The notes below the pieces were generated by a model. That model made no database searches and had not been told where the DNA came from. It saw nothing but the letters and a program-made list of their open reading frames with translations. Below are positions 1 to 13,199 of a stretch of DNA of 64,000 nt, in pieces; position 1 is the first letter of the stretch, and the number at the start of each line of letters is the position of its first letter. Source of the stretch: Takakia lepidozioides (taxonomy: Eukaryota > Plantae > Bryophyta); contig CM060731.1 in assembly GCA_030704615.1 (NCBI GenBank), forward strand, positions 36,270,001 through 36,334,000, given 5' to 3'. The position numbers and the translations under genes were made by a program.

Positions 1-1733
1 TAATTTTGTAATACGGGTTTTTTGTAGACACCATATTTTGAACTAAAAAGAATACTAGATTCTTTTATTAGCACCCAAATTTACTCTAAATATTATATAA
101 AGTTCAATTCGAACGAAAAAAAACGCAACACATGCATAACAAACAACAAAATACATGAACTTTATCCAGGTGAATATGACCTACTGTTATTCACTAACAA
201 ACTCATTCAGTGAGTCTGCATCATTGCTATCTAACACATACAAGTTTTTCTCTGGCTGGTAAGTTAAAGTGACAGTAATTATAATGGTGAAGGGAATCCT
301 AGCTTTCTTCTTCTCATATATTCTTTTTAAGAAATTTGTAACACAAAGTACCCCTTTTGTTTTTATAAATATATTTATCATAATACCACAACCCTTTGTT
401 AAAAATAAATTTATTAGAATTTTTATTTTTCAAGAGTTTGTTGGACCCTAGGAATTCATGCCGAGTGACTTCCCCTAGACTGCTTCTCTAGGTGGCTTTC
501 AGACTTTCAGTACTCTATCCTACTCTGTATTTGCGTCCATCTCCAGTTGATGTCTAAAGGACAATGCAAGCTGATTCGAGTTCTTTGGTGGCTTCGTTCG
601 TCTTTGTCTTCTCCTCGACAGTTAAATGGAAGCAAGATAGCTGTGAATAGTTTATGTAATGACTTCGAAGGAAGATTGCGCCCTAAATCTCCTCATTGAT
701 ATAGATATAGACAAGATAAGCTACAGCTGAATGGATGCGGGGATAACAGTGGGATGATCTTGGACAAGTGTTGGATAGAAGAAGGTGACATGGTGTCATG
801 TATTGGGGGGACGAACGATTTATGATGTGACAATAAGGGGCTTGGTATCGGTCCAAGAATACTCACTTGTTGTGTGGATTGCAATATCGCGGCAAACTCC
901 GGCTTGTCTATAATGTGTAATTAGGTATGACTAATACACCCAAAATTTGAAACCAACAAATAATCAAGTGTACGACAAACACGTCATTTATATTTGAACA
1001 AATTTCAATCGATCTTAAAAAATAAAAATAATTTAAACCTACACAATCTAGCGGTCATAACTAATTAAAAAATACGAAAGCAACTGCGAATATCTGGCGG
1101 TGACAATTAAAAGGAAAAAAAATAACCGCAATGATCAAAATTCGAAGGTCACAACTAACTTAAGAAATACCAAGATACATACGACCGCCGATATTCGGCG
1201 ATTGCATGTAATTTTAAAAAACCAAATAGCTGCGACCACCAAAAATCAGCGATCATAGCTAATTTAAAAACACAGATTATATAAGCACCCATTAGTATTT
1301 GGCAGTCGCATGTGATAATCCGGTTGGCGGCCGCGGCTAATTAGTAAATACAATCGTTTACTTTGTATCTTATATAAATTGAGACTGCTAGCATTGGCGG
1401 TCCTAATTTAATTTAAAATATAAAAAAAAAAAAAACCGTTTGTGGTATATGATAAAAAAAAACTTCTTATAATCCTTGAAGTACTTTAAACCAAGGTACA
1501 CATGGATGTCTAACAACACCACCATACGTTGCTACAGCATCACAATGTGATACTAGCAAAAAAGATGTAGGTGTTTGAAGAAGAGTGTGGAGATGTGAAG
1601 TAAAGTGAGAAACTCATTAAGTAGATGAACGAGGCAAAACAACAACAATTTGAAAAAGACCGTGTAAATTAAAAAAACTACTTTATAGCCTATGTCTTTC
1701 TCTTTTTATGCCTAAGCAGAGCTTCAATCGCAA

Positions 1734-2301
1734 ATGAGAGAAGAAGTGAAGTCATTTATGTTGATTATTCCAATTTCTTGGAAGGCGGCGTGGGCTAACA
1801 TTTGGAAAAAGCATAGATCATCCAAGATCTCTGCCTTTCTCTGGAGAATAGCTAATTGCATCATTCTTGTTGGAGCTCTAATTGCTGACCCCCCCTCTTC
1901 TTGTGCTACTTGCAATTTAAATGCTTCAGAATATTGAGCATTGTCTGGTCTCTTGCCCCTTCGCAGTTGCGGTTTGGTCTCGCGCTTTCTTTCTCTACTC
2001 CTTGTGGAATACAAACCTTACCTTTTCTGCTTCTGCTTTGCTTCTACACATTCATCGGGGAGCTAATTTCTGTTTTTGTCCTGTATGGGAATCTCTTAGA
2101 GGCATTATTTTGTGGCAGATCTGGAGAATGAGGTGCTCGATTGTATTCCAACATGCTGACCTTTGTGTTCAGAAAGTTCTATACTTGACTCACTTAGACC
2201 TTGTGTCTGCTCGAAAATCCTGGTGTGTTATTATGGCAGCTATTCCCAAGTGTGGCGACAGACGGAGAGCACAACTCCTTGCGTCCTTCAACAACTCGTA
2301 G
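1734..2301 (+). mobile_element. L1-type LINE relic, ORF2 C-terminal zf-RVT region (frameshifted)
   Basis: Two overlapping ORFs join to W..IWK...SKISAFLWR...C..C...E//NIEHCLVSCPFAVAVW...IILWQIWRMRC..VF, the zf-RVT and 'W.IW..RN..VF' signature of plant LINE ORF2 ends. Confidence 0.75.
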
Positions 2302-2671
2302 GGAAAAAACGGTTTCTTCTGCACAAGGATTTCAGACTCGAGAGTTAGATGGGAAGATTCAATCCCTCCCTGCTGGCACCTCAGTTACTGCTAGGCGCTC
2401 CCCTGTGGATGCAGATGATGCCGAGGTGAATTGGCAGCATAGATGTTCACTTAGAAAATGAAAATCTAAGGCTCAGTTATCATTTGAGGCTCCTATGATG
2501 AAGGAAGTAGCATGTAGTGCTGTTTTTCTTCTTCAGTTTTGCTGTTGTTCTTGTGATTTGCTGCATGCTCTTTGTTCCTTCCTTATATTGTCTTGCCTTT
2601 CTCCCCCCGCCTCCGCTATAGAGCCATTGGCTTAGAGTGGAACCTCAATCCTCAGCCTGATGGCATTGTAA

Positions 2672-4092
2672 GGCCCCGGTCACACCTGCCGGTTAGATAA
2701 CCGAAGGCTAACCGGTCAGTTACGTGACTGGTCAGATAGCTAATTAATCGCCGGCCGCACATGCTAGTTAAGTTTAACTGGTGCAACGCGGTTTGTTAGC
2801 CACGCTGCTGCCCGCACGACGACATCGCCATCTTCTCTCTCCGCGTGCGCACAAGCTATGTCTGTGGCTCTGTCCAACCTATATCATTATGAATCCAGGA
2901 CCTTAAAATATGCAAGATCTTCATTCACATATAATAGTCATTTTCAAGCTCATGATAAATGCCAGGGACCTCCAAACAAACATGGAAAATAGTAGGGTCC
3001 ACTTTAACCAATCCAGCTATGCACAGTCTCAACTACAATATGGAGGAGCCCAAAGACATGATGAAGCAAAATACCAGACTTTGATAATTAAAGCCTGGCT
3101 CTTTGTAAGGTCTTCATATCCACAACATATGACTGAAGATGTACTTTGTAATCAAAGCACAAAGTTCAAAACTTTCCTAGACTGCCCTTATGTGATCCAC
3201 TGCGATTACATGCAAGTTGCCTAGTAGCCGTATGTTTGAGTTTGTGTTTTGCAAGACTCAGCTTTCTTGAGCAGTATCAATGGCCATTGATTGCAGCCAA
3301 TGCCCCAACAAGTGCTGGTAAAAGTTCATTAATCGTCAACAACTGTGCATTTGCTTCGGAGAAAGGCTTTTGTATTTCCTTGACAAAAGAATGAGGATTC
3401 AGCCTAGTCAGGATGGCGGATTCCCCCTAAAGATCTCTGCGAGTTACACATCACTGTTGCCTGGATGCTTACATCCCCCACATTAATGCATATTGCCATC
3501 AACAGAATAAATAAGTGTAGAACAGCCAGCGACAAAACCTTTGTGTAGTCAAGTTTTGCAAGGTGTAGCCAAGCTTCGTGTTGGTGAACGCCAAAGAGCA
3601 GAAATAGAATCAGATCAACCATGCGGTCTAGAGTGCTTGCAGGGTTGGAAAAAGTGTGTATGATTATGTGCCTTGAAGCTTCTTGTCGAAGGTATTTGTT
3701 AGCTCTCGGTTCTCGACTGTGCCCCCATGCAACGTACAGATTCATAATCCGAATGTATATCTGATAGACCAGTGGAAAAGTTGGATTGCTCCCAACAAGT
3801 CACTTGATAGAACAAGTTGATCAAGAATGTGATGGCCCTTGCACTCTGATTCATGAGAGAACGAGTTGACGAGAACGCTTGCTCCGCTGCCCGATTTTTA
3901 ATTGCTGACCGAGGTTTAACACCTCCATGGAGGAGGTGTTAAATCTCGGCCTCTCCCCATTACAGATTTTAATGTCAGTTAATCGCCGGTTAGCTAACGG
4001 GCGACGTAATCGGCAGTTGCATCTTTCACCGTGCCATTAACACCAATTAGCTAACCTAATTGACTTCCTAACTGATAGGTGCGGCCGGGGCC
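2672..4092. mobile_element. Non-autonomous PIF/Harbinger-type DNA transposon
   Basis: Left end GGCCCCGGTCACACCTGCCGGTTAG vs reverse complement of right end GGCCCCGGCCGCACCTATCAGTTAG (20/25 identical). TAA on both flanks (2669-2671, 4093-4095). No intact transposase inside. Confidence 0.8.
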
Positions 4093-4500
4093 TAAGGTTA
4101 TTGTTTCCTTACCTATTAAGAAAGTTTCCAGGGCCACTGTCCCCTGTTCTATAAAATTAAAAATAATAATAATAATAATAATAATAAAAGCTTGAAAAAT
4201 GCCGCTTGGGTTGATTGAGGCTCATGTGGCAGTTTCCAACTATATGGATGTGGTATAGAAATCTTTTTGTCGACAACTTTGCTTTAAGAAGATTTCACTT
4301 TCTAGAGACATTGCAAGGAACTACAGCCATTGGGAGAGATTTGTGTCTTCCTCAGCTTTTTCTCACCCTTTCTCTTTTCAGAACATGCACTTTCTCTTCA
4401 TTGGGGGCTTTGAGAGTTGGGTCCGAGTGGATCTTTGTGGGTCTGCGTGTTTTTCATGTTACACTGGATTTGCGAGCAATATCCAGAAAGCAATAATAGA

Positions 4501-4956
4501 GATGAGGAGAAGATCTGGAAGAAATATTTTTCAAACCCAAGTTAATGCAGGGAGAATCAGGGCAGGAAGGTGGTGTTGGTGTTTGCCATGTAATTTATGG
4601 CTAACCGATCTCAGCTCCTTCCGGCAAGGGGGCGGATCTATGCACCTGTTGTTGTAGCTGAAGCAGGTAGGGATGGAGCGCGGGGGCAGATCCATCCCAT
4701 AGAACCAGATTTCAAGCACAACAGTAAAATCAAGGCTTTGTGGATTGATAGCTACAAGAAACGTCCATGGGTGGATGTGCACCTTGGAGCACAGACAGCA
4801 CAGTTGCTTGAATCAGACACTTCAACTGTGGCGACTGCCTTTGTAACAGGAGCAAGGGCGGGAATCCACCAGAACTCTTCTAACTCTTGTCGGGATGTGA
4901 GGACACTGAAAGATGGGGACAGGAAGCTGATATGGTCCTTCGCGTGTTATGAATGA
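4501..4956 (+). pseudogene. Truncated fragment: OSB-type PDF motif fused to a PPR-protein N-terminus
   Basis: DEEKIWKKYFSNPS*CRENQGRK | GT..AG intron 4570-4689 | IHPIEPDFKHNSKIKALWIDSYKKRPWV...QNSSNSCRDVRTL. The last part matches NKNSSGTCEDVRTL at the start of the 36780 PPR. In-frame stop; no PPR array follows. Confidence 0.7.
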
Positions 4957-5267
4957 AATAGTGTTCTTCCATGAACAACATACTCTGCAGCTCCTCCTCA
5001 CTAACATGCAAAACGCTCAAAACTCCTCAGTACCACCAATGTGCCATTGAAGCATATTATGGAACCCAACATGATGCTTCAAATTTTGAGACATTTTTTC
5101 ATCCTCTATCAGGAAACTTGGTAGCTTAAACCTCCCATGGATCTAATCCTTTCAACTTACTCCTGTTGGTCAACAAAGCCCAAAACTGACTTTGTTAGAC
5201 CCCTGCTACTCGTTCCAGAAGTTGCAGCAAGTAACTAGTGCCTAATGTCTTCCGGGTTCCTGTGAAA

Positions 5268-8200
5268 CTACTTATGACCCTTCTTCTTGCCCTTATGCGA
5301 TCCAGTACTAGGAGGCAGTTTTGGGGCCTCACTGGTTGCTCTCAAATTTGTGGTCTTGCTAGACGCTCTAGAATTGGAAGCTGTGACTGTGCTGGGTCCA
5401 TTCGTATCTGTGGCACTTGGATCGCCTGACTTTTCTCTCAAAACTGATCCTTGGGAACCCCGAATCTGAGCTTTCAATTTGTCTTTCTTCTTTGGCCTGT
5501 AAGACGACCTCTCCCTCTTTGGTAACCATCTCTCTGGGTCAGGTGGGGGCCCGGGATTTGCAGGATCAAAACCCTTTGGGTACAAAGGTTTTCTCTTCCG
5601 TATTTTCTTTGCTTTGACTTCCTCAATCTTGTCATCACCTGTTTTGTTACCCTTCACTCCCTCCTCAGCACCCCGTCCTCGTTTTGAGCCGAGGGTTGAG
5701 GGTGCTGCCCTTTCCAAAGCTTCAACTTTCACAGATGACAAGCCTGGTAAGGGCGGAAGCTGTTTTACATAGAGCTCAGCATTGACAGGATCCGAGTATG
5801 CAGTACAGCACACGAGTCCAGTCAAGGCTTCTGTGCGTACCATGGTTGCTGAACTATTCACAAGTCGTTTCAAAATAGTTGCTGCTTCCTGCATCTTGTT
5901 GTGTCTCAACTTGAAAGCTGCTGCCTCCTGAAGTCCGCACTCTACAAACCCTGTATCGTCATCACCCATGTAGTTGTCCCAATGCTCTACAGCTTCTTCC
6001 AACACAGCATCAGCTGCCTGTATATCACCCCCCTTTTCTTTCAAAGCCACAATTGTAGCAACCATTCCAGGTTTGTGGCGAAGTTCAGTGATCATCTCCA
6101 ATGCGTCTGCAGCCTGCAAGTAGTTTCCAGCTGCAGCTGCAGCCTGAGCACGCACAAGATGGGCTTCTGTTGCATCGTTGGGGTGTGTTTTGGCATATTG
6201 TACCAGTAAGTCATCCGCATGTGCATGCTTTCCCTCCTTCAAAAGAAGAGATGCTGAGAATATCCTTGGCACCACGCTGTCTGGAAAAGTCTCCACTAAA
6301 GAAGAAACATATTCCCGAGCCTACATGGAAACAGTTACAAGTTAGTGCATGAATGTGTGATTTGCTGTAAACACCCTTCAACCTGCAGGATGAAAAAACA
6401 CAATTTCTTGTCATGTGGCAGGAAAAATATAGCCCTTGGCAATGTACAAGACGAGCAGGAACGAGATAGACAGGGAGATGAAGCGGTGAAGCCCTGAAAT
6501 ACACAGAACCTCACCTGGTCTAGCTTACTAGAATGCAACAGCAACAAGCATCTATTGTAGCAGATTGCCTCCTTCTGCCTCGGTGAGAGCTTGTGCTCCA
6601 AACCCTCAACAAACTGAAGCTTTTGCCCACCCTGCTTCTTCTCCAGTAACTTATCAGACTTTTTCAATGAATCGAAAAGGTCCCTTGCACCTCTCATCGC
6701 AATGAGGTTGTTAGAGGCTACAGCCAATGATGGTTTGTCTGCAAGCTTGCTTTTTAATAGCTTATTATAGCCCACAATAGCCTCCTCAGTGCGGCCCTGC
6801 ATCTGAAACAGCAACCAAGCTCTAAATCAGCTGTGCATCTGACTTGTAACTACCCTCATCTAGAACTTGACAGCCATGTGTGAAGCAAAATGAGATACAT
6901 GCTTCACTTACCTGATGCACAAAAGCAAGCTGCACAGATATTGGAGCCAGCTCACCCTCAATTTCCTCCACGGTGTACTCTTCGTCATACAAGATCTCTT
7001 CCCCTCTCCTATGACCAGCCAGAATCCAGCATAATCAAAATGCAATCAGGGGAGCTCTCTGTGAGTACTGCTATTGACCTTATGGTAATATTGAAATCCT
7101 CCATCATCTCTTCATTTGTGACCATCCTCTCAAAGATCGTTGAACAAATGCATGACCAGTCATTTCACTATGAAATACTCACATAATTTAGGGCCAATAG
7201 TCAGTGATTTCAAGAGAACGTACTTGTGAGACGTTGTTTGCCGTAGCCTCAGTCAGTGACTTCAAGAGAGAGAGAGAAAGAGAGAGAATTACTTTTGAGC
7301 GACCAATAAAAGTTCTTCAGCTTTGGAAAATTCCTGTCTTTCAACCAGCCCACATGCAGCATTGTGGGCAAGTTCGAATCCACTGCGTGGGGTCACTTTC
7401 AACGACTCCAACAGAGAGGGAACTTCAGATGACCGCCCCCCAGCGACATAAGCAGCCACGAGGTTGGTCTTCACTTCAATTGAATCAAATTTGGGCAGTC
7501 TAAACAGCTTTTCACAGCTCGGTATACAATCCCTGAAGTTCCCCATCCTGTACAAGATCTGAGCTTCCAGCTGCAGCACACTTGCGCTCCTTTCAACCCC
7601 TTTCAATGCTGCAAGGGCTTCAGTAGGTTGATTCAGCCTGTAAAGGCAGTATGCCTGCCAGTTTGAAAGGGGTGCTGTCAGCATTACTGAACATAGCATT
7701 TCCTCCAACCATTCATAAGAGTGCAAATTGATAGGCCATAGAGAATAAAATGATACTCGACAAAAAGACTTGGGACATTCCAAATACGTCCATAGCTATA
7801 GAACAGTCATACTTGGCCGTATAGGCCTTCAAGAATCAATCTAAAGACCTTTCTGGTAATAGGGTCCCCTGTCAATGGAATGTATTACTCCTGCAGATTG
7901 TCCAACCATCATCCCCTGCCTCATGGTCGACGGATGTGAAAAAACTACCTACAATAAACATATTTGCCAACACCGACCAAACCCGTGTACCTGATGCACT
8001 TCGGGATCCAGGAAACCCAAAGCGCATCAGGTATAGGGGCTTTATCTTTCATGGAGGATCACAGTGCACAGCTGTGCATTGACAGTAAAGTTGTCCCTCC
8101 TATGACCATGATACACTCCACTCCAGATCCATTGGCAATCTGGGCCCGAGAAATCCAACCTTGTGAAAATTCAGATCAACATTCGGTTTTTGAGTGGAAT

Positions 8201-8733
8201 CAATTGTTTGCAACGCCTGAGAGGTGTCGCCCGACTGTATCAATGCAACCACCTTGCATTCCAGCGCTTCCACATCTCCAGGTTCCAGTGCCAAAACTTT
8301 CAACGTCGTTAAGGACTACTGCGTTAACGACAAGAATTCCTCCTCCGTCTTTATCCTGTTAAAACAAAAACCCTAATTCGACTTCCAGTCCATTTCGTCC
8401 AATCCAAATTTCAGCAGACACAAATGCAGGAGCTCTCTTCAAGATTCTAGAACACTGTCTGATTCGACTTCCAATATTCCAATACATTCACATATTCCTC
8501 TTCGTACCTCTCTGTAGACACAAATTCAGGAGGATACTTTGGTCTGCAACTTTGACAGTCTGCTTGTAGTCATTGGCCCGCACATGGCGATCCAGCAACG
8601 CGATCAAGTCATCCGAAGAGGGCCCTTCCTTTTCCACCACCTGCGCCTCCCTCTTCACGTCCCCACCCGGTGTCGTGCTCTGTGGCGCAGGTGGCTTGGC
8701 CTTGGCGTTTCCACCTTTGGTCTTCTGCCCCAT
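5268..8733 (-). CDS. SRP72: Signal recognition particle subunit SRP72 (about 6 exons)
   Basis: ATG 8733 (MGQKTKGG), TPR-like exons (ECKVVALIQ; AYCLYRLN..QILYRMG; EIEGELAPISVQLAFVHQ; AVASNNLIA) with GT-AG boundaries. C-terminal RKRKPLYPKGFDP..PDPERWLPKRERSSYR is the SRP72 RNA-binding motif. TAG at 5268-5270. Confidence 0.95.
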
Positions 8734-9254
8734 TGTGCAGAGCACCTCCAAACCTGTGGACTACTTCAATGCAACAACCGGCACCCACAAACCTCAAAGA
8801 CAACCAAAACACACTAACCACCACCACCACCTCAAGCTGTCCACATTCTCTTCTCGGAATGCTTGGGATAAGTCACAAAACACAATCATGCCAGCGGTCT
8901 ATCTATGGCTTCCATTGCAACACTGCATTGCCCGATGCTCTGATGAGAGAAGGCGATCTATCGATCTGTCCGTCTTCTCGCTCTCTGCGCGAACCTCGAT
9001 GCCTTGACGGCTCAAAAGCTCAGCTTCCTTCAACAGTTGTTGATTCGAATCTGTTAAGCACAGATGGCCGTTAACTAACGTGTTGTTAACTAACAGAATT
9101 TGAGACATGGGCTTCTTCCAGCAAGCTGAACAAATTCTAGTCTCTGCCTGTTTACATGTGCAGGTTGTGCAACCAGAGACCCTTGAAGTCCTGAAAGCCC
9201 TGTACTAATAATGTGTGTGTGTGTGGGTAAGAGAGGGCTTGACTGCTTCACTTG

Positions 9255-12200
9255 TCACCAATAATCCCCACAAGAACACTCGCCATTCTTGAAGTGATGA
9301 AAGCGGCTGGCATCCCTTGCAACAATTTCTCGACCAACAATGTTGGAGATGAATTTGGTGGCAGTGTGGCAATCTCCGCATACCCGAAGATTCTTTATTA
9401 TGCGGATAGGTGTCCCAGGGGGTGTACTGATGAGCCCAAAAGCAATGGCCAGCTTTTCACTGTGGTGGCAGAGAACTTGTTCCTTGGCCTGCTCATCCAC
9501 ATCATGCAAGACGAAGCGAGTGTCTGGGACATATCCTGCATGCTTCATCTTCCTGGTTAATCTCTCCAACTCGGCGTGAATCTCTTCTATTTGTGGGTGT
9601 GATCTATCTTCCACAGCAAATGTATGCACCCTGTTATGGACCTCTATTGAGGTGTACCCTGGCTTTTTCTCCACACCACTATCCTCCATTTCTTTTGTCA
9701 CATTTGCTACATCATCCCACTTGCCAGCAGCAGCATAGATATTTGAAAGCAGCAGATATACTCCACTATTATGTGGTTCCAACTCAAGGGTACATTCTGC
9801 TGCGCGTTTTGCTAGCTTCACATTGCCATGGATTCTGCAGGCACCAAGCAAGGCCCCCCATACTGGAGCATCTGGTTCAAATGGCATTGTGTTGATCAAT
9901 TCCTCTGCCTCATCCAAGTGTCCGGCACGGCCAAGCAGGTCGACCATACAGGTATAGTGTTTCCGTGTTGGTTGGATGCCATGATCTCGACTCATCGAAC
10001 GGAAGCAGAGACGGCCTTCATCAACTAGGCCCACATGGCTGCATGCGCAGAGGACACAAATAAATGTGACCTCGTCTGGCCTTATTCCTTCCCGCTGCAT
10101 TTGTTCAAATAATTGGAGGGCTTCCAGGCCACGCCCATGCTGGGCATATCCTGTGATCATAGCATTCCAAGAGATCACATTTCTTCCGATGATATTGTCA
10201 AACACTTGCTGTGCATCCCCCAAACTCCCACACTTAGCATACATGTCAACCAGGGCAGTCCCCACACAGACATCGGACTCCATTCCAAATTCGATGACCC
10301 GGGCATGGACCCACCTGCTCTCTTCCAGGACCGCAAGACTGGCGCATGCATTGAGGATGCTCATGAATGTAAGCTTATTAGGTGTCACACATTCCCACTG
10401 CATTTGCTGAAAGAGCTGAAATGCTTCTACACTGTGCCCTTGCTGAGCTAATCCTGCAATCATTGCATTCCATGAGATTACATCTCGCTCAGCCATTTCA
10501 TTGAACTTTTGATATGCATCCACCACGCTCCCACACTTGCAATACATGCTGATAAGGGCATTTCCCACTCCAATATCTGACTCTAATCCAGCTATGATGA
10601 CTTCCTCATGAAGCCACTTGCCCTGTTCAAGAGCTGCTGGGTTGGCACATGCATGAAGGATGCTAATGAAAGTGATATTGTCTGCCTTCATGTCTTCTTG
10701 GTGCATCTGCTGAAAAAGATCAAATGCCTCTTGACCTTGCCCCTGCTGAGCAGATCCTGAAATCATTGCAGTCCAGGAGACCACATCTCGCTTGGGCATT
10801 TTGTCAAATACTTGCCGTGCATCCACAACACTCCCACACTTGCAGTACATGCTGATAAGGGCATTTGCCACTTTGACATTTGACTCAAAGCCGGCATTGA
10901 CAATTTCTGCATGGAGCTGCTTACCATGTTCCAGGGCTATTCGGCCAGAACATGCATTGAGAATGCTCATATAGGTGATCTCGTTGGGCTTCACTCCTTC
11001 TCGTTGCATTCGGTGAAAGAGGTCAAATGCCCTTTCAGCATGCCCTTGTTGAGCTAATCCTGTAACCATAGCATTCCATGAGATCACATCTCGCTTAGGC
11101 ATTTTGCCAAACACTTGGAGTGCATCTACCATTCTCCCGCACTTACAATACATGCTCACAAGGGAAGTTCCTACAAAGATATCTGACTCAAATCCAGCTC
11201 TGATGATCCTCACATGGAGCTGCTTGCCCTGTTCCTGATCCAAGACACATGCATTAAGGATGCTAACAAAAGTAACTTTGTTGGGCTTCACGCCTTGTCG
11301 TTGCATTTGGTGAAAGAGGTTAATTGCCTGTTTTCCATGCCCTTGCTGAGCAGAGCCTGCAATCATCGCGTTCCATGAGACCACATCTTGCTTTGGCATT
11401 TTGTCAAACACTTGGCGGGCATCAATTACACTTCCACACCTGCAATACATGCTGACAAGGGCATTTCCCACTTTGACATCTGATTCCAATCCAGATTTGA
11501 TGATGCCTGTGTGGAGCCACCTGCCCTGTTCCAGAGCTGCTAGACTTGAGCATGCATTGAGGATGCTTATGAAAGTGACCTTGTTTGGCTTAACGTTTTC
11601 TTGTTGCATTTGCTGAAACAGGTCGAATGCCAATTGACCATGATCTTGCTGAGCATATCCAGCAATCATTGCAGTCCATGAGATCACATCATTCTTTGGC
11701 ATTTTGTCAAAGACTTGACGAGCATCCACCGCACTCCCGCACCTGCAATACATACCGACAAGGGCAGTCCCCACTCGGACATCCGTCTCGAATCCAGCTT
11801 TGACGATGCCCCCATGGAGCTGCTTGCCCTGTTCCAAATCCGCTGGGCTGACACACGCCTTGAGAATGCTTATGTAAGTGACATTGTCAGGTTTCGTGCC
11901 TTCTCGTTGCATTTGCCGAAAAAGTTCAAAGGCCTCTGCAACATGCCCTTCCTGAGCATGTCCTGCAATCATCGCAGTCCAAGATATCACGTTCGGTTTC
12001 GGCATTTCCACGAACACTTTGTGCGCATCCACAACACTCCCGCATTTACAATACATGCTGACAAGAGCGGTTTCTAAGACGTCATCTAGCTCGAATCCAC
12101 TCTTAATGATGTGCTCGTGGACCGCCTTGCCAACTGCCAGTTCTTTTGTCCTACCAGACCCCTGCAAGAGATGAGCACATGTCTCGGAATACTCCCGAAA

Positions 12201-12530
12201 GCCTCGTTGCTCCATGTGATCTAAATTGCGCACCGCATCTTTCACTCGTCCCACCTTGACCAATGTGCTCACATACCCACTATTTCCTGAGTCCTGCTTC
12301 CATTGTTCTCCCTCCCGTATATCGCTTCGTCCTCCATTATAAGCAGTGGTGGTAGTGGCCAAGCAAACACACATACCCCTACCCCGACACTGATACCCAC
12401 TAAAGAATCGGGTTTGCTTGTATAAACCAAATTCCAGCTCCCTGCATTGTAAGGAAGAACGCCTTGAGCACAGTATCTCGAGCCCGGAGCATTCTGTGCA
12501 GAGAGCGCTAGCACTTTTCATCATGCGCAC
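9255..12530 (-). CDS. PLS-class PPR protein with E/DYW cytidine-deaminase domain (organellar C-to-U editing factor)
   Basis: Uninterrupted 1091-aa ORF with P-L-S repeats ([28 protein letters not shown]), PG box [21 protein letters not shown], terminal CSCGDYW. Confidence 0.97.
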   Translation of the reverse strand: MRMMKSASALCTECSGLEILCSRRSSLQCRELEFGLYKQTRFFSGYQCRGRGMCVCLATTTTAYNGGRSDIREGEQWKQDSGNSGYVSTLVKVGRVKDAVRNLDHMEQRGFREYSETCAHLLQGSGRTKELAVGKAVHEHIIKSGFELDDVLETALVSMYCKCGSVVDAHKVFVEMPKPNVISWTAMIAGHAQEGHVAEAFELFRQMQREGTKPDNVTYISILKACVSPADLEQGKQLHGGIVKAGFETDVRVGTALVGMYCRCGSAVDARQVFDKMPKNDVISWTAMIAGYAQQDHGQLAFDLFQQMQQENVKPNKVTFISILNACSSLAALEQGRWLHTGIIKSGLESDVKVGNALVSMYCRCGSVIDARQVFDKMPKQDVVSWNAMIAGSAQQGHGKQAINLFHQMQRQGVKPNKVTFVSILNACVLDQEQGKQLHVRIIRAGFESDIFVGTSLVSMYCKCGRMVDALQVFGKMPKRDVISWNAMVTGLAQQGHAERAFDLFHRMQREGVKPNEITYMSILNACSGRIALEHGKQLHAEIVNAGFESNVKVANALISMYCKCGSVVDARQVFDKMPKRDVVSWTAMISGSAQQGQGQEAFDLFQQMHQEDMKADNITFISILHACANPAALEQGKWLHEEVIIAGLESDIGVGNALISMYCKCGSVVDAYQKFNEMAERDVISWNAMIAGLAQQGHSVEAFQLFQQMQWECVTPNKLTFMSILNACASLAVLEESRWVHARVIEFGMESDVCVGTALVDMYAKCGSLGDAQQVFDNIIGRNVISWNAMITGYAQHGRGLEALQLFEQMQREGIRPDEVTFICVLCACSHVGLVDEGRLCFRSMSRDHGIQPTRKHYTCMVDLLGRAGHLDEAEELINTMPFEPDAPVWGALLGACRIHGNVKLAKRAAECTLELEPHNSGVYLLLSNIYAAAGKWDDVANVTKEMEDSGVEKKPGYTSIEVHNRVHTFAVEDRSHPQIEEIHAELERLTRKMKHAGYVPDTRFVLHDVDEQAKEQVLCHHSEKLAIAFGLISTPPGTPIRIIKNLRVCGDCHTATKFISNIVGREIVARDASRFHHFKNGECSCGDYW

Positions 12531-13199
12531 CAGAAAGTCAGATAATGTACCAAAAGACAGCTGCCTTTAGTGCTTCGAGCTGCATCGTTCAAACTCACAA
12601 CTGCCCTCAGGCATCTGCTTGGTAGCGCAACAATCTACACATACCCAATTTGGCACAACATCACCTGCTTAACAATCTGCTCCAGAATCTGATGCAAAGC
12701 AGCAAAAAGGAGATGGTTGCCTTGTTCCCTCCCCAGTGACAATTTGGGATGAGAAGAGTGTTCCGTCTTTGGAACGTGTTCATCCGCAATGTCAGCTGGT
12801 GTCAGACTCGGAGCAGGGACACAGTCGCTGCTCATCGGGTTGCAGCTCCCCTGGGCTTCGATTGGGAGGGCAATGCCATCGCCACAGATTGGTTCCAGTA
12901 GCACCGAGGCCAGGTGCAGAATGCCTGGAGATGTCAAGTTCAGGGTAACAACAACAACCTCCATTTGCAGCAGGGTGTTCGCTTCCGGTGGTATGCATTG
13001 GTCTTGGGAAGTAGTGTGTTGGGGGCATTTGTAATTCGTTTGATTCGTTTGTAATTCGAATGAACCGGTTCCAGGTGGGTGACAATTTCAGTGTGAGATT
13101 ACATAGATGTCTCTCACAGGGACCGTGAAATAGCACCTCGGGTAGAGGCAGGAGAATCAGCATGTCAGTCTCAATACCTTTGGGTGCACAGTAAGTTAG

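Noticed and set aside
4161-4187. Microsatellites (AAT)n; also (GA)n ~7265, (GT)n ~9212, (GAA)n ~28118
   Set aside because: Ordinary short simple repeats.
9252-12077. Antisense ORFs over the PPR genes (also 31364-33850 and 36968-39284)
   Set aside because: Shadow ORFs of the real PPR coding strand.
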